Source of the DNA: Mobula hypostoma
Lineage: Eukaryota
DNA: 64,000 nt
Direction: 5' to 3'
Assembly: GCF_963921235.1 (NCBI RefSeq)
Contig: NC_086106.1
Location: forward strand, 19,096,001 to 19,160,000
In this document: positions 1 to 11,200 of the stretch, in pieces
How positions within the stretch are numbered: position 1 is the first letter of the stretch
Layout of the letters: each line of letters opens with the position of its first letter
Notes under the pieces: generated by a model
The model's database searches: none
What the model was told of the DNA's origin: nothing
What the model saw: only the letters and a program-made list of their open reading frames with translations
Made by a program: the position numbers and the translations under genes

Positions 1-24
1 TCAATCACAAGTCTTGTCCTTTTC

Positions 25-335
25 ACAATTTTACAGCTTTGCTGAAACATCCACTTTAATTTTATGAACCAAATGGACCTTTCTGAAAAATTTTCTTGCC
101 ATTCAACCCCTGCCACGATTTAAAAAAAAATGTCACCAATGGTGAGGCAAGCTGTATGTCGGATCTGCAGGCAAACCGATGGAGATAAAAAGCGAGGGTG
201 GAAACATGCAGACCTCCAACCAATAGAGACAGGCGGTCTGCATGTTTCTCTAATCAGATAAAAGACAGGTGGGAGGACCAACAGACCTTTTGATCAATGG
301 CGGCAGGGATAGAAACAGGCAGGTGGGAGGTCTGG
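25..335. promoter_or_regulatory. CCAAT-rich promoter-like element with 14-bp inverted repeat (copy 1; paralog at 38275-38570)
   Basis: Several CCAAT or near-CCAAT boxes. GAAACATGCAGACC (201-214) and GGTCTGCATGTTTC (235-248) form a perfect inverted repeat around a CCAAT. Aligns to 38275-38570. Function is inferred only. Confidence 0.4.
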
Positions 336-509
336 TTCACTGTGTCTACCTGACATTTTCTCTGACATTTCCCTTCTCTGTCTTCCCTCCGCAAACAGCC
401 TCTAGTGGGAACGGTTTGTGTATACTTACATCCCGACACTCTCGCAGACATCCTCTCTGCATCAACCCCATCTGGGCCTTTCAATGGTCAATAGGTTTCT
501 GAGTTTTTT

Positions 510-757
510 ATGGCGGTTGGCCATACTGTTCCTGGTTTTGGGGAATGACCCTGGCCAGGTGATTGACCTTTCAGTGGGTTAACAGTTCGGGAATCATGAC
601 CACAACTTGTTAACTTTCAGGATAGTTATCGACAAGAATAGGTATGGTCCTTGTGGAAGAGATTTAAATTGACACAGGGCAATTTACAAGGGCATTAGGC
701 AGGAACGAAGAAGCGTTAATTGGGAACACCTTTTTTCTGGCAAGTCCACATCAGACA
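510..757 (+). mobile_element. CR1 LINE ORF2 fragment (end of endonuclease/linker); continues at 2495
   Basis: Ends ...CACATCAGACA. In the related copy at 53960-53990 this runs directly into TGTGGAGGGTGTTTAAAGAGCA, which is found here at about 2495. Confidence 0.7.
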
Positions 758-2497
758 AAAGACCGTGAGACAGGAGCAGTATTAGGCCATTCAGCCCATC
801 AAGGCTGCCCTGCCATTCCATCATGGCTCATCCTGGATTCCACTCAACCCCATACAGCTGCCTTCTCACCATATCCTCAGATGCCCTGACTGATCAGGAA
901 AATATCAACTTGTGCCTTAAATATGCCCACAGAATTGGCCTCCACTGCAGTCTGTGGCAGACCATTCCACAGGTTCACTTTAGGCATCTGTAGTCTCGTG
1001 AAACCATGGATTTATGCCTTGGAAGTTTTCCAGGGCGCAGGCCTGGGCAAGGTTGTATCGAAGACCGGCAGTTGCCCCTGCTGCAAGTCTCCCCTCTCCA
1101 CGCCACTGATGTTGTCCAAAGGAAGGGACTCGGGCCAATACAGATTGGCACCAGTGTCGTCGTAGAGCAATGTGTGGTTAAGTGCCTTGCTCAAGGACAC
1201 AACACACTGCCTTAGCTGAGGCTCAAACCAGTGATCTTCAGATCACTAGACAGATGCCTTCACCATTTGGCCACACGCCAACACACAAATTCACTACTCT
1301 CAGGCTAAAAAAAAATCCTCCTTACCTCTGTTCTGAAAGATCCCCCTCAATTTTGAGACTGTGCACTCTTGTTCTGCATATTCCCACCATAGGAATCATC
1401 CTCTCTACATCCACCCTATCTCGTCCTTTCAACATTCGCTAGGTTTCCATGAGATCTGCCTGCATTCTTCTAAATTCCAGTGAGAACAGGCCCAACACTG
1501 CCAAACTCTCCTCATATGTTAACCCCTTCATTTCTGGAATTATCCTCGTGACTCTCTCCAATGAAAACACATCCTTTCTGAGATAAGGGGCCCAAAACTG
1601 TTGACAATACTCCAAGTGCGGCCTGATTAGTGTCTTTTAAAGCCTCAGCATTATCTCCTTGCCTTTATATTTTATTCCCATGAAATAAATGCTAATATTG
1701 CATTTGCCTTCTTCACCACAGACTCAACCTGTAAATTAAACTTCTGAGAGTCTTACACGAGGACTCCTAAGTCCCCTTGCACCTTTGTTGTTTGAACCTT
1801 CTCCCCATTTAGATTGTAGTCTGCACTATAGTTTCATTTACCAAAATGCATTATCTTGTATTTCCCAAGATTGTAATCCATCTGCCACTTTTTGCCCATT
1901 CTTCCAATTTATCTAAGTCCTACTGCAATTGCATTGCTTCCTCAGAACTACCTACCCCTCCACCTATCTTCATATCATCCACAAACTTTGCTACAGAGCC
2001 ATTAATTCCATTATCTGAATCATAACCAAACAATGTGAAAAGTAGCGGTCTCAATACTGACCCCTGAGGAACATCACTAGTCAATGGCAAACAACCAGAA
2101 AAGGACCTTTTTATATCCACTTGTTGCCTCCTACCTGTCAGCCATTCCTCTATCCATGCCAATATCTTTCCTGTAATGCCATTCAATTTTATCTTGTGAA
2201 AAACAGCCTCATGTGTTGTTCCTTATCAAATGACTTTTGAAAATCCAAGTAAATACCATTCACTGCCTCTCCTTTGTCCACCCTGCTTGTTATTTCCTCG
2301 AAGAACTCTAACAGATTTGTCAGGTAAGATTTCCCTATTGCAGAAACTACGCTGACTTTGACTTATGTTATCATTAGTCTCCAAATACACCAAAACTTCA
2401 TCCTAAAGGAAGAGACTCCAACACTTTCTGAACAATTGAGTTTTGACTAACTTGCCTATAATTTCCTTTATTTGGCCTTCTTCCCTTCTTAAAGAGT
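758..2497 (-). mobile_element. 5'-truncated CR1 LINE (RT to 3' end) inserted antisense into another CR1
   Basis: Minus ORF 1920-2186 has VPQGSVL...FVDD (CR1 RT motifs). CR1 3' UTR lies near 760-900. The element splits the plus-strand CR1. Confidence 0.8.
979..1282 (-). mobile_element. tRNA-derived SINE (V-SINE/HE1-like)
   Basis: Minus strand reads an A-box-like TGGCCAAATGG, a B-box-like GGTTTGAGCC, then the core GTGTCCTTGAGCAAGGCACTTAACC. Flanked by the degenerate duplication CACAGGTTCACT/CACAAATTCACT inside a CR1. Confidence 0.65.
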
Positions 2498-4270
2498 GGA
2501 GGGTGTTTAAAGAGCAGTTGCACGGATTATGGGAAAGGTATGTACCTGTTAGAAGGCAAGATGGGGATGGAAATATAAGAGAACCTTGGATATCCAGAGA
2601 GGTGATGAATTTAGTCAAGAAGAAAAAGAAAAAGTATGTAAAATTTCAGATGTTCAGATCAAAGGAAGCACATGAGGAGTGTAAAGAAACGAGAAAGGAA
2701 CTAAAGGGAATGAGGAAAGCCAGCGGGGGCCATGAAAAGTCCTTGGCAAGTGGGATTAAGGTGAATCTCAAGGCATTTTATACAGACACCGAGAGGAAGA
2801 TGATAACTTCGAAGAGGGTGGGACCACTCAAGAATGGGGAGAGGGGACATTTTCTTGAATGCAGAGCATGTGAGTGAGGTGCCAAGTGAGTACTTTGGTT
2901 CAGTACTTACCAAGGAAAAGGATATGGAGGACCAGGAGATCAGTGCTGAGTATATAAATACATTCGGGCATTTAGAGGTCAAGGAGAAAGAAGTGTTGGG
3001 CCTCCTGATCAGGATTAAGATGGATAAGTCATCAGGGCCAGATGTAATTTACTCCAGGTTATTGAAGGATGCAAGAGGTGAGCTTGTTGCGCCCTTGACC
3101 AGCATCTTTGTGTCCTCTCTCGCCACAGGTGAGGTCCCTGAAGACTGGCGAGTGGCTAATGTTGTACCTCGATTTAAGAAGGGAAAAAGGGAGAATTGTG
3201 GGAACTATGGACCAGTAAATCTCACTTCAACTGAAGGGAAATTGTCCAATAAAAATCATAAGGATAGGATATCTGAGCATTTGGAAACCCATGGCCTAAT
3301 TAGGGCGAGTCAGCATGGCTTTAAGCGTGGTAGGTTGTACCTTACCAACTTGATTGAGTGTTTTGACAAGGTGACAAGACAGATTGATAAGGGTAAGGCA
3401 GTGGTTGTTGTCTGCATGGATTTTAGGAGGGCATTTGACAAAGTCCCCCATGGGAGGATAATCCAGAAGATTAACATACATGGGATCCATAGCAAATTTG
3501 CTGTTTGGGTTCAGAACTGGCTTGTGAATAGAAGACAGAGGGTAATGGTTTAGGGGACTTGTTCAAGCTGGAGGTCTGTAATTAGTGGAGTTCCGTAGGT
3601 ATCTGTGCTGGGACTTCTGCTGTCTGTAATGTATATAAATGATCCAGATGAAAAAGCGGATGGGTGGGTTAGTAAATTTGTGAATGATACCAAGAATGGT
3701 GGAGTTGTTGGCAGTGTAGAAGACTGGCAAAGAATACAGCACAACATTGAGCAGCTGCAGATGTGGACTGAGAAATGGCAGAATGGAGTCTAATCCAGAT
3801 AAATGTGGGGTGTTACACCTCAGGAGGGCAAATGAAATGAGACAGTACACTTTTAAGAGCAAGGTCTTTTACAGAGAAATCTTGGGGTCCAAGTTCATAC
3901 TCCTTGAAAGTGGCTACAGAGGTCAATAAGATGGTTAACAAGGTTTAAGGAATGCTTGCTTTTAATATTCGAGGCATTGAGTTCGAAAGTCAGGAGGTTA
4001 TGTTGCAACTTTTATAAAAATCAGGTTAGACCACACTGAAGTACTGCATACAGTTCTGGTTGCCCCACCGTTGGAAGGAAGTTGAGGCTTTGGAGAGGGT
4101 GTAGGAGAGGTTTGCCAGGATGCTGCCTGGTTTCGAGGGAACATTCAAGCAGGAGAGGCCACATAAACTTGGGTTGTTTTCTCTGGAGCGTTGGCGGCTG
4201 AGGGGGGGCGGAATCTGATAGAGGTTAGCAAGATTATGAGAGACAACGATAAAGTGGACAGAGAGTTTGG
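2495..4270 (+). mobile_element. CR1 LINE ORF2 (linker + RT), disrupted
   Basis: ORFs 2443-2877 and 2834-3553 (MDKSSGPD, PEDWRVANVVP, SQHGF, MDFRRAFDKVPH), with stops and frameshifts downstream. Confidence 0.9.
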
Positions 4271-5502
4271 ATCTACTGATGTCTACTATAAGCCCACGTC
4301 TCTCACAGCTACCTGGACTATTCCTCTTCCCACACTGTTACTTGTAAAAGTGTCATCCCCTTCTCTCAATTTCTCCGTCTCCACCGCATCTGCTCTCAGA
4401 ATGAGGCTTTCCATTCCAGGACGAAGGAGATGTCTTCCTTTTTAAAAGAAAGGGGCTTCCCTTTCTCCACCACCGACTCGACCCTCAAATGCATCTCGCT
4501 CATTTCATGCACACCTGCTCTCACCCCATCCTCCCGCCATCCCACTAGGGATAGGGTTCCTCTTGTCCTCATCTACCACCCCACCAGCCTCCGTGTCCAA
4601 CATATAATTCTCCATAACTTCCGCCATCTACAATGGGACCCCAGCATCAAGCACATTTTTCCCTATCCCGCCACTTTCTGCTTTCCACAGGGATCGCTCC
4701 CTACATGACTCCTTTGTCCATTCATCACCCTTATCCCTTCCCACTGATCTCCCTCCTGGCACTTATCTTGGCAAGCGGAACAAGTTCTACACCTGCCCTT
4801 ACACTTCCTCCCTCACCACCATTCAGGGCCCCAGACAGTCCTTCCAGGTGAGGTGACTCTTCATCTGTGAGTCTGCTGGTGTGTTATACTGTATTCGGTG
4901 CTCCCAGTGTGGCCTTCTATATATTGGTGAGACCCGACGCAGATTGGGAGACTGCTTCGGCGAACACCTACACTCTGTCCGCCAGAGGAAGCAGGATCTC
5001 CCTGTGGCCACACATTTTAATCCTACGTCCCATTCCCATTCCGATATGTCAATCTATGGCCTCTTCTACTCTCGAGATGAAGCCACACTTAGGTTGGAGG
5101 AACAACACATTATATTCCGTCTGGGTAGCCTCCAACCTGATGGCATGAACATTGATTTCTCTAACTTCTGTTAACACCCCTCCTCCCCTTCTTACTCCAT
5201 CCCTTATTATTTATTATCATTATTATAATTTTTTTCTCTCTTTCCCTCTCACAACAACTCCTTCCCTGTTCTCCATCTTGCTCTGGTGCTCCCCTCCCCT
5301 CTTCTTTCTTCCAAGGCCTTCTGTCTCATGATACTCCCCCTTCCCCAGCCTTGTATCCCTTTTTCCAATCAACTTCCCAGCTCTTGACTTCATCCCTCCC
5401 CCTCCTGTCCTGACGAAGAGTCTTGACCTGAAATGTTGACTGTACTTCTTCCTTTAGATGCTGCCTGGCCTGCTGCGTTCCACCAGCATTTTGTGTGTGT
5501 TG
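4270..5502 (+). mobile_element. Penelope-like element, 3' part with GIY-YIG endonuclease
   Basis: ORF 4430-4708 (FLKERGFP...RVPLVLIYHP) and ORF 4881-5174 (CIRCSQCGLLYIGETRRRLGDCFGEH...RLGSLQPDGMNIDF), followed by a pyrimidine-rich 3' UTR. Confidence 0.9.
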
Positions 5503-6700
5503 TGTGGACAGAGAGTATCTCTTTCCCTGAGTTGAAACATGTAATACCAGAGGGAATGAATTTTAAGTAAAGGGGTGTAGGTCGAAGGAGATATGAGGGG
5601 TGAATTTTATACGCAGAGAGTGGAGGATGGCTGGAATGCGCTGCCTAGTGTGGTGGTAGATGCAAGTACATTAGAGATGTTTGGATAGGCAAGTGGATGT
5701 AGGGAAGAAGGCGGGATATGGACATGGTGTAGGTGGTAGGGATTGGTGCTTGGGTGTTTTTGATTTACTTTGTAGCTGGTTCGGCTCACCAGTGCAGCCA
5801 AAATGGCCCAAGGTGTAGTAAATTATTTTGGTGCCGCATCCCAAGGGAAAGAATTTGTCAAATGCCTACGAGTTTTTTTTTTAGATTAGGTGGTGAATGA
5901 GCCCACTTGGCAATTATTCTGGATTGGGCGTTCTGCAATGAACCAGAATAGAGTGGGCAGTTTTAGGTAAGGGAACGCTTGGGAGCCAGTGATCATAATA
6001 TGATGTAATTGACCCTGCAATTAATTTGAAAAGGAGAATCTAAAGTCAGTATTACAGTGGAGTGAAGGGAATTACAGAGGTATGAGGGAGCAGTGGGCCA
6101 AAATTGATTGGAAGGGGACACTAGAAGGGATGACGGCAGAGCAGAAATGGCTGGAGAATCTGGGAGCAATTTGAAAGGCACAATACAGATGGACCCCAAA
6201 GAAGAAATATTCTAAAGGCAGGATCATGCCAGGCAACATCTATGGAAAAGAGTTAACAAACAATGATTCAGGCCAAGACCCTTCATCAGTCTGAAACTTT
6301 GATGGTTTACTCTTTATTGTAGGTGCTACCAGGCCTGCTGAACTCTTCCAGCATAGTGTGTGTGTTGCCAAATGACCCATGGTTCTACAGGAGAGATACG
6401 AACCTGGTAGAACATTCTCTGATTGGTAGGAGGCAAAGAGTAGGAATAAAGGGAGCCTTTTCTGGTTAGCTGCTGGTGACTGGTGGTGTTCCACAAGGGT
6501 CTGTGTTGGGACTGCATCTTTTCATGTAAAATGTCAGTGAATTGGATTACAAAATTGATGGCTTTTATGGCCAAGTTTGTGGATGATACTGAGAGAGGTG
6601 GAAAGGCAGATAGTGTTGAGAAAGCAGAGAGGCTACAGAAATACTTAGACAGATTTTAAGAATGGGCAAAGAAGTGGCAGATATGATAAAGTGTAGACTA
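5503..6700 (+). mobile_element. Mosaic of decayed CR1 fragments with a short antisense Penelope 3' end (~6235-6370)
   Basis: CR1 3' end at 5503-5800, linker at 5900-6230 and RT at 6380-6700 (GGTGTTCCACAAGGGTCTGTG...GTGGATGATAC). Confidence 0.65.
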
Positions 6701-6942
6701 CTTTCTAAGCAAGAAGGCTGCGAGTGGAACGGCTGAGGATTTCTGGAGCGAAGGCGTTTTACTACTCAGGGTAGAGAGAGGCAAGACTGCGCAGGCGCGT
6801 GATGTCTGCCAGTAGAGCAGGAAATGTTTAAAGACTGCCATATCCAGCGGGCAGCGGAGTGAGAGGGCTTAAGCTCAACGGGCTTAGGCAGTAACGGGAC
6901 GAGGTGAGGTAGGTTTACCTGTGTTAATTGTAGAAAGGAGGT

Positions 6943-8640
6943 ATGTGTGTGAGGCCGGTGTCCTGGGCTCGGTGTCAGATGTGGGAGGTCCTGGAGTCTG
7001 CCAGCCTCCCGGACGGCCGTATCTGCACCCAGTGTATCAAGCTGCAGCTCCTAAGGGACCGCGTTAGGGAACTGGAGTTGCAGCTTGATGACCTTCGTCT
7101 GGTCAGGGAGAGCGAGGAGGTGATAGAAAGGAGTTATAGGCAGGTGATCACACCGAGGCCACAGGAGCCAGACAAGTGGGTCACAGTCAGGAGAGGGAAG
7201 GGGAAGAGTCAGGTACTCGAGAGTACCCCTGTGGCTGTCCCCCTGAACAATAAGTACTCCTGTTTGATTACTGTTGGGGGGGGGACAGCCTACCTGGGGG
7301 AAGCAACAGTGACCGTGCCTCTGGCACAGAGTCTGGCCCTGTGGCTCAGAAGGGTAGGGAAAGGAAGAGAAAGGCAGTAGTGATAGGGGACTCTATAATT
7401 AGGGGTTCAGACAGGGGATTCTGTGGATGCAGGGAAGAAACCGAGATGGTAGTTTGCCTCCTAGGTGCCAAGGTCCGGGATGTTTCAGATCACGTCCACG
7501 ATATCCTGCAGTGGGAGGGAGAACAGCCAGAGGTCGTGGTACATATTGGTACCAATGACATAGGTAGGAACAGGGAAGAGGTCCTGAAAGCAAATTCCAG
7601 GGAGTTAGGAAGGAAGTTGAGAAGCAGGACCGTAAAGTTAGAGGTGGTACACTTTGGAAGGACAAACTCTAAGGCAGAGTACAAAGTAAATGGCAGGATA
7701 CTTGGTAGTGTGGAGGAGCAGAGGGATCTGGGGGTACATGTCCACAGATCCCTGAAAGTTGCCTCACAGGTAGAGAGGGTAATTAAGAAAGCTTATGGGT
7801 GTTCGCTTTCATAAGTCAAGGGATAGAGTTTAAGAGTCGCGATGTAATGATGCAGCTCTATAAAACTCTGGTTAGGCCACACGTGGAGTACTGTGTCCAG
7901 TTCTGGTCGCCTCACTATAGGAAGGATGTGGAAGCACTGGAAAGGGTACAGAGGAGATTTACCAGGATGCTGCCTGGTTTAGAAAGTATGGATTATGATC
8001 AGAGATTAAGGGAGCTAGGGCTTTACTCTTTGGAGAGAAGGAGGATGAGAGGAGACATGATAGAGGTGTACAAGATATTAAGAGGAATAGATAGAGTGGA
8101 TAGCCAGCACCCCTTCCCCAGGGCACCACTGCTCAATACAAGAGGGCATGGCATTAAGGTAAGGGGTGGGAAGTTCAAGGGGGATATTAGAGGAAGGTTT
8201 TTTACTCACAGAGTGGTTGGTGTGTGGAATGCACTGCCTGAGTCAGTGGTGGAGGCAGGTATACTCGTGAAGTTTAAGAGACTACTGGACAGGTATATGG
8301 AGGAATTTAAGGTAGGGGATTATATGGGAGGCAGGGTTTGAAGGTCGGCACAACATTGTGGGCCGAAGGGCCTGTAATGTGCTGTACTACTCTATGTTCT
8401 ATGTAATCTCAGGATTACTGCCTGTGCCATGTGACAGTGAGTATAGGAATAGAATGAGGTGGAGGAAAAATGCGTGGCTGAGGGATTGGAGCAGGGGCAG
8501 GAATTCAGATTTCTGGATCATTGGGACCTCTTTTGGGGCAGGTGTGACCTGTACAAAAACGACGGGTTGCACTTGAATCCCAGGGGACTAATACCCTGGC
8601 GGGGAGGTTTGCTAAGGCTACTGGGGAGAGTTTAAACTAG
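6943..8640 (+). pseudogene. CR1 ORF1 (zinc finger/leucine zipper + SGNH esterase), frameshifted and interrupted
   Basis: CxxC...CxxC followed by LQLLRDRVRELELQL; esterase motifs VIGDSII and VVHIGTNDI. Frameshift at the G-run near 7275. Resumes ISGLLPVP at about 8404. Confidence 0.85.
7632..8403 (+). mobile_element. 5'-truncated CR1 3' end inserted into ORF1 of the host CR1
   Basis: C-terminal ORF2 (ORF 7799-8341) ending in CTATGTTCTATG. About 95% similar to 45850-46385. Confidence 0.85.
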
Positions 8641-9990
8641 AATTGTTAGGGGGTGGGAACCGAACTGAAGAGACTGGGGAAGAGGCGATTGGCTCACAAA
8701 TAGAGAAAGCTTGGAGACAGTGTGTGAGGGAGGATAGGCAGGTGATAGAGAAGGGACGCGCTCAGACCGACAGTTTGAGATGTGTCTATTTTAACGAAAG
8801 AAGTACTGTGAACAAAGCGGATGAGCTTAGAGCATGGATCAGTACTTCGAGCTATGATGTGTTGGCCATTACAAAGACTTGGATGGTTCAGGGACAGGAA
8901 TGGTTACTTCAAGTGCCGAGTTTTAGATGTTTCAGAAAGGACAGGGAGGGAGGCAAAAGAGGTGGGGGCGTGGCACTGTTGATCAGAGATAGTGTCACGG
9001 TTGCAAAAAAGGTGGATGTCATGGAGGGATTGTCTACGGAGTCTCTGTGGGTGGAAGTTAGGAACAGGAAGGGGTCAATAACTCTATTGGGTGTTTTTTT
9101 CGGTCACCCAATAGTAACAGGGATATCGACGAGCAGGTAGGGAAACAGATCCTGGAAAGGTGTAATCGTAACATAGTTGTCGTGGTGGTTGATTTTAATT
9201 TCCCAAATATCGATCGGCATCTCCCCAGAGCAAAGGGTTTAAATGGGGTGTAGTTTGTTAGGTGTGTTCAGGAGGGTTTCTAGACACAATATGTAGATGA
9301 GCCTACAAGATGAGAGACTACTTGATTTGGTATTGGGAAATGAACCTGGTCGGGTGTCAGATCTCTCAGTGGGAGAGCATTTTGGAGATAGTGATCATTA
9401 TTCTATCTCCTTTACAATAGCATTGGCGAGAAAAAGGAACAAGTTAGAAAAGTGTTTAATTGGAGTAAGGAGAATTATGAGGTTATCAGGCAGGAACTTG
9501 GAAGCTTAAATTGGGAACAGATGTTCTCGGGAAAGGTATGGAAGAAATGTGGCAAATGTTCAGGGGATATTTGTGTAGAGTTCTGCATAGGTACGTTCCA
9601 ATGGGACAGGGAAGTTATGGTAGGGTACAGGAACCGCGGTGTACAAAGGCTGCAGTAAATCTAGTCAAGAAGAAAAGAAAAGCTTATGAAAGGTTCCGAG
9701 AGCTAGGTAATGTTAGAGATCTAGAAGATTAGAAGGCTAACAGGAAAGAGCTTAAGAAGGAAATTAGGAGAGCCAGAAGGGTCTATGAGAAGGCCTTGGC
9801 AGACAGGATTAAGGAAAACCCCAAGGCATTCTACAAGTATGTGAAGAGCAAGAGGATAAGATGTGAATGAATAGGACCTATCAAGTGTGACAGTGGGAAA
9901 GTGTGTATGGAACCGGAGGAAATAGCACAGGTACTTAATGAATACTTAGTTTCAGTATTCACTATGGAAAAGAATCTTGGTGATTATAGG

Positions 9991-11200
9991 CGCAGACAAC
10001 AGGAATTCTGCAGATGCTGGAAATTCAAGCAACACACACCAAAGTTGCTGGTGAACGCAGCAGGCCAGGCAGCATCTCTAGGAAGAGGTGCAGTCGAAGT
10101 TTCAGGCCGAGACCCTTCGTCAGGACTAACTGAAGGAAGAGTGAGTAAGAGATTTGAAAGTTGGAGGGGGAGGGGGAGATCCAAAATGATAGGAGAAGAC
10201 AGGAGGGGGAGGGATGGAGCCAAGAGCTGGACAGGTGATTGGCAAAAGGGATACGAGAGGATCATGGGACAGGAGGTCCGGGAAGAAAGACAGTGAGGGG
10301 GGAACCCAGAGCATGGGCAAGGGGTATATTCAGAGGGACAGAGGGAGAAAAAGGAGAGTGAGAGAAAGAATGTGTGTATAAAAATAAGTAACAGGTGGGG
10401 TACGAGGGGGTGGTGGGGCATTAGCGGAAGTTAGAGAAGTCGATGTTCATGCCATCAGGTTGGAGGCTACCCAGACGGAATATAAGGTGTTGTTCCTCCA
10501 ACCTGAGTGTGACTTCATCTTTACAGTAGAGGAGGCCGTGGATAGACATGTCAGAATGGGAATGGGATGTGGAATTAAAATGTATGGCCACTGGGAGATC
10601 CTGCTTTCTCTGGCGGACAGAGCGTAGATGTTCAGCAAAGCGGTCTCCCAGTCTGCGTCGGGTCTCGCCAATATATAAAAGGCCACATCGGGAGCACTGG
10701 ACGCAGTATATCACCCCAGCCGACTCACAGGTGAAGTGTCGCCTCATCTGGAAGGACTGTTTGGGGCCCTGAATGGTGGTAAGGGAGGAAGTGTAAGGGC
10801 ATGTGTAGCACTTGTTCCGCTTACACGGATAAGTGCCAGGAGGGAGATCAGTGGGGAGGGATTGGGGGGACGAATGGACAAGGGAGTCACATAGGGAGCG
10901 AACCCTGCGGAAAGCAGGGGGGCGGGGAGGGAAAGATGTGCTTAGTGGTGGGATCCCGTTGGAGGTGGCGGAAGTTACGGAGAATAATATGTTGGACCCG
11001 GAGGCTGGTGGGGTGGTAGGTGAGGACCAGGGGAACCCTATTCCTAGTGGGGTGGCGGGAGGGTGGAGTGAGAGCAGATGTACGTGAAATGGGGGAGATG
11101 CGTTTAAGAGCAGAGTTGATAGTGGAGGAAGGGAAGCCCCTTTGTTTAAAAACGGACATCTCCCTCATCCTAGAATGAAAAGCCTCATCCTGAGAGCAGA
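9991..11200 (-). mobile_element. Penelope-like element (GIY-YIG 3' part) with 10-bp TSD
   Basis: ORF 10421-10747 (IYCVQCSRCGLLYIGETRRRL). TGATTATAGG is repeated at 9981-9990 and 11201-11210. Confidence 0.92.

Noticed and set aside
1230-1282. Functional tRNA gene
   Set aside because: A/B boxes are degenerate and continue into a SINE core with a TSD; no acceptor stem.
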